A stretch of 64,000 bases of DNA from an uncultured Spirochaetota bacterium (GTDB taxonomy: Bacteria; Spirochaetota; Spirochaetia; SZUA-6; Fen-1364): assembly GCA_963820525.1 (NCBI GenBank), contig CAWGAA010000001.1, positions 1,760,001 through 1,824,000 of the forward strand, given 5' to 3'. The stretch's first letter is position 1. Every line of letters begins with the position of its first letter. Shown piece after piece: positions 58,832 to 64,000 of the stretch. The translations under genes were made by a program, and so were the position numbers. Under the pieces are notes generated by a model. It worked only from the letters and a program-made list of their open reading frames with translations. It ran no database searches and had not been told where the DNA came from.

Positions 58832-60367
58832 CTACTTGAGCGCCGCGCCGAAGGCATCCATCTGCTTCTGGATCTCCTCAAGGACCTTCTGCGAGTTTGC
58901 GGTGGCGAGCTTGTCCTTCAGCTCCGCGATGGCCTTGTCGACATCTGCCACCATCCCGATCTGGATGGGCTGGGCATACTGCTGCCAGACCTGAGTGACG
59001 TTGGCAAGCTCGGTCTTCACGTTGTCCGGCACGAAGGAGAAGGCGGCGTACGGCGTCACGAAGAGCATCTTCTTCAGGCCGCCCTTCAGCGCCACGTAGG
59101 CGGGAGGCCAGGATGCCATGGGCTTGAAGATGTCCTTGTTCGTGAACCAGAACCCCGAGGCGTCGGGCGGGTAGGAGTTCTTGTCCGCCGTGACCCCTTC
59201 CGGCAGGTCGATCTTGTCGTTCTTGACCACGTAGTTCTTGCCCTCGACGCCGAAGTACACGAGGTAATCGTAGGAGGGCTCCTCCATGATGAGGTCCATG
59301 GCCGCGAGGGTCCTCTCGGCGTTCTTGGACGTGGCCGCGAGCGCCCAGCCATTGTTGATGTACGGATCCGCAATGTAGGTTCCCGTTGAAGAGAGGGCGG
59401 GGATGATCTCCACGTCGTAGCCCTGCTCCTGGCCCTTGGCGATGGTTCCCTGGCTGTCCTGGGAGTTGCCGAAGGCGACGGCGGATTTGCCCTGCTCGAA
59501 GGCTTCCTTGCTTCGCACCTTGTTGGCGAACGGGTTCTTGTTGATGTAGCCCTTGTCGTACCATGCCTTGACGAACTTCGCCGCTTTCGCGAAAGCGACG
59601 CCGTAGTCGCCGTCCAGCTCTGTGGTGACCTTGGGATTGACTAGTTGCTCATAGTTCCAGATGTACGGAATCGCGCCTCCGGCCACCCAGAACAGGGGAG
59701 TGGCGCTCTGGTTTCTATAGTTGCTGAAAACGAATCCCAGGTCATATCCGCTTTCGATGTTGATGGGGATCATGCCCGGCTCGTTCTTCTGCACAGCCGC
59801 GAGGTAAGGCTCCAGCTCGCTCATCTTGGTGACGGCGGGGACCCCGTATTTCTTCCTGAGATCTCCGCGGATGAGGAAGATCGGAACCTTGCGGTCCGGG
59901 GTCGAGGTGGGGACCATGTAGATCTTCCCATTGACATTGGCCTGCTGCCATCCCTGCTTGGGTATCAGGGGGTAATGGCGCGGCATGTACTTGGCCAGCA
60001 TCGCCGGCGTAAGCTCCGCGAATGCTCCCCGCACCGCCTGCTGGGCGTACATGCACCAGTTGGCCGTGTAGATCCAGTCGATGTTCTCCCCGGCGGCAAG
60101 CACCAGGGGATATTTCGCCTGGAAGTCGGCCCAGTTGAGGTAGCTGATCTCCATGGTGGCGTTGAGATCCGCCTTGAGCTTCTTGTTCAGCTCAGTCATG
60201 ACATCCGGCATTCCGGCGGGGGGTGCGCCGAGGAGATAGCCGTAAAGCTTGACCTCCTTCAGCTTCGCTGCGGCGGCTCCCTCTTTGGTGCCCGCCCCAA
60301 ACGCGGTGAAGCCCGCGATGGCCATGATGGCCAGCACGAGCCCGAGGACACGAACGGTTCTTCTCAT
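58832..60367 (-). CDS. Carbohydrate ABC substrate-binding protein (LplA/DUF3502-like)
   Basis: GGAGG RBS; leader 'FGAGTKE'; 'YPLVLAAGENIDW', 'YFGVEGKNY', C-terminal 'VLEEIQKQMDAF'. Confidence 0.88.
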   Translation of the reverse strand: MRRTVRVLGLVLAIMAIAGFTAFGAGTKEGAAAAKLKEVKLYGYLLGAPPAGMPDVMTELNKKLKADLNATMEISYLNWADFQAKYPLVLAAGENIDWIYTANWCMYAQQAVRGAFAELTPAMLAKYMPRHYPLIPKQGWQQANVNGKIYMVPTSTPDRKVPIFLIRGDLRKKYGVPAVTKMSELEPYLAAVQKNEPGMIPINIESGYDLGFVFSNYRNQSATPLFWVAGGAIPYIWNYEQLVNPKVTTELDGDYGVAFAKAAKFVKAWYDKGYINKNPFANKVRSKEAFEQGKSAVAFGNSQDSQGTIAKGQEQGYDVEIIPALSSTGTYIADPYINNGWALAATSKNAERTLAAMDLIMEEPSYDYLVYFGVEGKNYVVKNDKIDLPEGVTADKNSYPPDASGFWFTNKDIFKPMASWPPAYVALKGGLKKMLFVTPYAAFSFVPDNVKTELANVTQVWQQYAQPIQIGMVADVDKAIAELKDKLATANSQKVLEEIQKQMDAFGAALK

Positions 60368-60438
60368 GACAAGACCTCCTTATGATATGAGTCGTGAAAC
60401 CCGGCGGATGGCCGGGCAAATGCCGAAATGAATGCTCC

Positions 60439-61323
60439 TCATCCCTTGATGGCTCCCATGGTGATGCCCTTCACGAAGTAGCGCTGGACAAAGGGATAGA
60501 CGAGGACGATGGGACCCGTGGCCGCCACCGTCATGGCCAGCTTCAGGGATTCGTTGGGCATGCTGCTCAAGGGGAGATTGTTCACGAAGTTGGCCGCGAA
60601 GTTGATGCTGGAAAGGATTTCGTAGAGCGTATATTGCAGGGGCCACATCGATTCGCGCGGAACGAACATCATCGGGCTCCACCAGTCGTTCCAATAGCCC
60701 AGCGCCGTGAGAAGCCCGATTGATGCCAGGGCAGGGGTCGAAATCGGAAGAACGATACGTATATACATGGAGAAATCGTTCGCTCCATCTATCTTCGCGG
60801 ATTCGAAGAGGCTCGCCGGGATGGAATTCGCTATGAAGTTGCGCAGGATCAGGATGTTGATCACGCTGAACATCGGCACCAGGATGAGAACGGTGAACGT
60901 ATTCTGCAGGTGCAGGCCCTTGGTGATGAGAAGGTAGTACGGTACCAGCCCTCCGTTGAACAGCGTGGTGAAGTAGAGGAAGAAGGCGAGGACGTTTCTG
61001 TACCGCAGCTCCTTTCTCGAGATCACGAACGCCGCCATGGCGGAGAAGAAGAGGGAAAGGCATGTTCCTACCGTCGTGATGAAAATCGTGATGGCGTAGG
61101 TCCTGAGCATCTTCTGGGGATTCTCGAAGATCATCTTGTAAGCGCCCAGGGAGAACTCCCTCGGGACGAAGGCATAGCCCCAGTTGATGATGGCGTGCTC
61201 CGAAGAGAAGGAGTTGATGGTCAGGATGGCAAAAGGGAACAGGGCGAAGAGCGCAAAAAACCCGACAAAAAGATACGCGATCACGTTGAGCTGGATCACG
61301 TCGGAGCTTTTTCGAAACGCCAT
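60439..61323 (-). CDS. Carbohydrate ABC permease (LplC-like)
   Basis: 'LFNGGLVPYY', 'SLFESAKIDGA', 'YWNDW', 'YPFVQRYFVKG...GAIKG'. Confidence 0.9.
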   Translation of the reverse strand: MAFRKSSDVIQLNVIAYLFVGFFALFALFPFAILTINSFSSEHAIINWGYAFVPREFSLGAYKMIFENPQKMLRTYAITIFITTVGTCLSLFFSAMAAFVISRKELRYRNVLAFFLYFTTLFNGGLVPYYLLITKGLHLQNTFTVLILVPMFSVINILILRNFIANSIPASLFESAKIDGANDFSMYIRIVLPISTPALASIGLLTALGYWNDWWSPMMFVPRESMWPLQYTLYEILSSINFAANFVNNLPLSSMPNESLKLAMTVAATGPIVLVYPFVQRYFVKGITMGAIKG

Positions 61324-61338
61324 GCCTGCCCGCCCCCC

Positions 61339-62268
61339 TTAGAAAAGCGCCGATTCCTTTTCGTAGCGGCGGACGAGCCCGTTGACCAGCAAGATGATGA
61401 AGAAGCACAGCACGGACTGGTAGAGCCCCGCCGCAGAGGCCATGCCGAAGTCCTGGCTTCCGATAAGAGACCTGAATACCAGCGTATCGATGATATCGGT
61501 GGCGCCGAGCAGCGTCCCGTTTCTGCCGATAAGCTGATAGAACATGTCGAATTCGCCCCGCATGATCCTGCCGACCCCCAGCAGGGCGAGGATGAATATC
61601 GTGGGCCTCAGGAGGGGAAGGGTGATCCGCGTGATGCGCTGGAAGGCGCTCGCTCCGTCTATGGTAGCCGCCTCGTAGCACTCCTGGTCGATTCCGGAGA
61701 GCGCGGCGAGGTAGAGCACGCTGCCGAACCCCACCCACTTCCAGATATAGAGGACGGGCAGCAGCAAATACCAGTTGGCGGGATTGCCGTAGATATCGAT
61801 GGCTTGGCCGCCCAAGGATTTAATGATGGCGTTGATGAGGCCGTACTCGTAGTTGAAAAGGTTGTAGAGGAAGGCGTTCACCGTTACCCAGGAGATGAAG
61901 TAGGGAAGAAACAGGAGGGTCTGGGACACCTGTTTAAAGCGCTTGCCGGCGGCCTCGAAAATAAGGATGGCCGTCAGGATGGAAAAGACGTTGTAGCAGA
62001 CAATGAACACCACGTTGTACATGAAGGTGTTCCGCGTGACCACGAGGGCCTTGCCGGAAAGGATGAAGTACCTGAAATTCGTAAAGCCTATCCAGGGGCT
62101 CCTGTAGATGCCGTCCCGGTAATTGAACTCCTTGAAAGCGACAATGATCCCCGCCATCGGGATATAGGCCAGGAGGATGAAGTATGCGGCGACCGGCACG
62201 AACATCAGGTAGAGGAGCTTGTTCTTCGCGAACTCATGAAGGAAAGAGGATTTCCCCAGCGGCGGCAC
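61339..62268 (-). CDS. Carbohydrate ABC permease (LplB-like)
   Basis: 'YIPMAG...AFK', 'LPYFISWV', 'YEAATIDGA', 'AAGLYQSV'; AAGGAG RBS. Confidence 0.9.
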   Translation of the reverse strand: MPPLGKSSFLHEFAKNKLLYLMFVPVAAYFILLAYIPMAGIIVAFKEFNYRDGIYRSPWIGFTNFRYFILSGKALVVTRNTFMYNVVFIVCYNVFSILTAILIFEAAGKRFKQVSQTLLFLPYFISWVTVNAFLYNLFNYEYGLINAIIKSLGGQAIDIYGNPANWYLLLPVLYIWKWVGFGSVLYLAALSGIDQECYEAATIDGASAFQRITRITLPLLRPTIFILALLGVGRIMRGEFDMFYQLIGRNGTLLGATDIIDTLVFRSLIGSQDFGMASAAGLYQSVLCFFIILLVNGLVRRYEKESALF

Positions 62269-62364
62269 CTAGCCTGCTCCTTTCACGATATCAGGAGGGA
62301 ATTGAGAGCCTTTTTCGGCTTTTATCGTAGCCGCGCATCTGGGAGCGGTAAACAGGAAAATCCG

Positions 62365-64000
62365 TTAATCGTGGGGACTTTTCTGCACCGCGGGCGCCGC
62401 CCTCAAGCGGATCGTCACGCGGGGCCCCTCATCCGGCGCGCTCCAGTAGGAAAGCCCGTAGGAATCTCCATAGTACAGCTTGAAGCGCTCATGGATGTTT
62501 CGAACGCCGAATCCGGCGCGCCGTGCCAGGGCTGGATCGAGGACGGATGCCAGTCGCTCGCGGTCCATCCCCACCCCATCGTCCTGGACGGCGAGGGTGA
62601 TGTCTCCGTCCGCTTCCCCGCCCGAGATGAGGATCCGGCCGTGTTTTTCCGGCTTCTCTATGATCCCGTGGATGATGGAGTTCTCCACGAGCGGCTGCAG
62701 CGTCACCTTGAGGATCCCGAAGTCGAGAATCCGCGGGTCCACGTCGATGGCAAGCTCGATCGCGCCGCGGAAGCGCATCCCCTGGATGCGCGCGTAGAGC
62801 TCGACGTGGAGGAGCTCGTCGCGAATGGGGATCGTCTCCCTGCCCTCGCTCAGGGAAAGGCGGTAGAAAGTTGCCAGGGAGTTTAAGAGCTCCTCGATCT
62901 CGTCCGCCATTCCCTTTCGCGACATCCACTTTATCATGTCGAGGGTGTTGTAGAGGAAATGGGGATTGATCTGGGCCTGCAGGGCCTTCAGTTCTGCCCC
63001 CTTGAGCTCCCTTTGCGTGCGCTCCTCCTGCGCCATCAGGGAGGCGATCTCGTCCATCATCAGGTTGTAGGTGACCGCCAGCTCTCCCACCTCGTCCTTG
63101 CCCACGGGAAGGGAAAGCTTCTCCAGGCTGCCCTTCTTGGCCCCCTCCATCTTGCCGATGATCCCGGAGAGCCTTCGCGTCACGGATGTGGAGACGAAGA
63201 AGGCCAAAAGGTACGCGGCGGTGGCGATGGCGAGGATCACGATGAAGATCTGGTTCCTGATGCGCCCGCTCTCCGCCACGATGCCGGCAATAGGAATGAC
63301 CGTGGTCATGCGCCAGTCCGTGCCTTCCAGCACCCGGTCCTTGACCAGGGCCACCTCCGCCTTCGTCTTCACCCGGCGCAGAGGCCCCTCCTGGGGCGGA
63401 GATCCTTCCACCACGGAGACGACGGCCGCGTACCGGCTGAACAGCGCGGCGTCGGACACCGCGACGATGTCTCCCACCCCGTTTGAAACATAGGTGAAGC
63501 TGTCGCTCACCGCGCTGGATTTGCGAAGGACGTCGACCACCTGGGACTTCTTGAAATCTATCCTGAGCACCCCGATTTTGTTTTTCAGGTCCTCGAGGTC
63601 CGCGATGAAGCGGGCTAGAGACAGAACGTCGGAGCCGCCCTCCCCGTCGCCGGACAGGTATTCGGCGGGACACCAGGCGTACGTGTTGCCGCTGCCCACG
63701 AGGTAGCGGTACCACCGGGACTTCGCGGCGGCCTTCATTCCGAAGAGGTTGACATGCTCCTCAGCGTAGAAAAGCTCGTCCCTCACGTAGAGCCTGATCC
63801 GTTCCACGTTCACCCCGTCCTGGAAAGAGAAGAACAGGTTGGTGAGCTTTGTCATGTCCACGCGCTGGCCCAGAAGGTCATAGGTGCGGATGTCCTTCAA
63901 CAGGATCGAGTTCACCAGGGGATCCACCAGGAGCACGTAGGAAACCTTGCGCACGTTGTACAGTTTGTACTCGAGGAAGGAAGCCGCCTGCCCGAAGGCC
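62365..64000 (-). CDS. YesM-type sensor histidine kinase (5' end outside window)
   Basis: TM + HAMP 'DEVGEL', 'LQAQINPHFLYNTL', 'LQPLVENSIIHG', 'DDGVGM', 'GFGVRNIHER'. Confidence 0.92.
   Translation of the reverse strand, partial: AFGQAASFLEYKLYNVRKVSYVLLVDPLVNSILLKDIRTYDLLGQRVDMTKLTNLFFSFQDGVNVERIRLYVRDELFYAEEHVNLFGMKAAAKSRWYRYLVGSGNTYAWCPAEYLSGDGEGGSDVLSLARFIADLEDLKNKIGVLRIDFKKSQVVDVLRKSSAVSDSFTYVSNGVGDIVAVSDAALFSRYAAVVSVVEGSPPQEGPLRRVKTKAEVALVKDRVLEGTDWRMTTVIPIAGIVAESGRIRNQIFIVILAIATAAYLLAFFVSTSVTRRLSGIIGKMEGAKKGSLEKLSLPVGKDEVGELAVTYNLMMDEIASLMAQEERTQRELKGAELKALQAQINPHFLYNTLDMIKWMSRKGMADEIEELLNSLATFYRLSLSEGRETIPIRDELLHVELYARIQGMRFRGAIELAIDVDPRILDFGILKVTLQPLVENSIIHGIIEKPEKHGRILISGGEADGDITLAVQDDGVGMDRERLASVLDPALARRAGFGVRNIHERFKLYYGDSYGLSYWSAPDEGPRVTIRLRAAPAVQKSPHD

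Overview
High-GC bacterial genomic window; gene content suggests a free-living, saccharolytic Spirochaetia-like organism (inference). Left to right: (1) the end of a VWA/FHA membrane-signalling operon and mixed metabolic genes; (2) a stand-alone FHA gene flanked by GAA-triloop palindromic repeats; (3) a frameshifted chemoreceptor; (4) a SigK/RskA-like ECF pair whose target promoter motif can be read from the sequence; (5) an arabinan/arabinoside locus (GH51, two GH43, ABC importer, divergent ArsR-type regulator); (6) aspS and an archaeal-style peptide ABC operon; (7) an AT-rich three-gene island at about 34.9-45.9 kb, encoding a lipoprotein with a C-terminal NlpC/P60-like domain, a secreted beta-propeller-like protein and a 2678-aa repeat-rich surface protein, bordered by two decayed housekeeping genes; (8) a second carbohydrate region (uncharacterised ~610-aa protein plus small Zn-ribbon protein, GH2, clan GH-A hydrolase, GH35, ABC importer, YesM-type kinase). 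I recognised no rRNA, tRNA, CRISPR array, integrase or transposase. Family calls come from motif recognition only, with no database searches.
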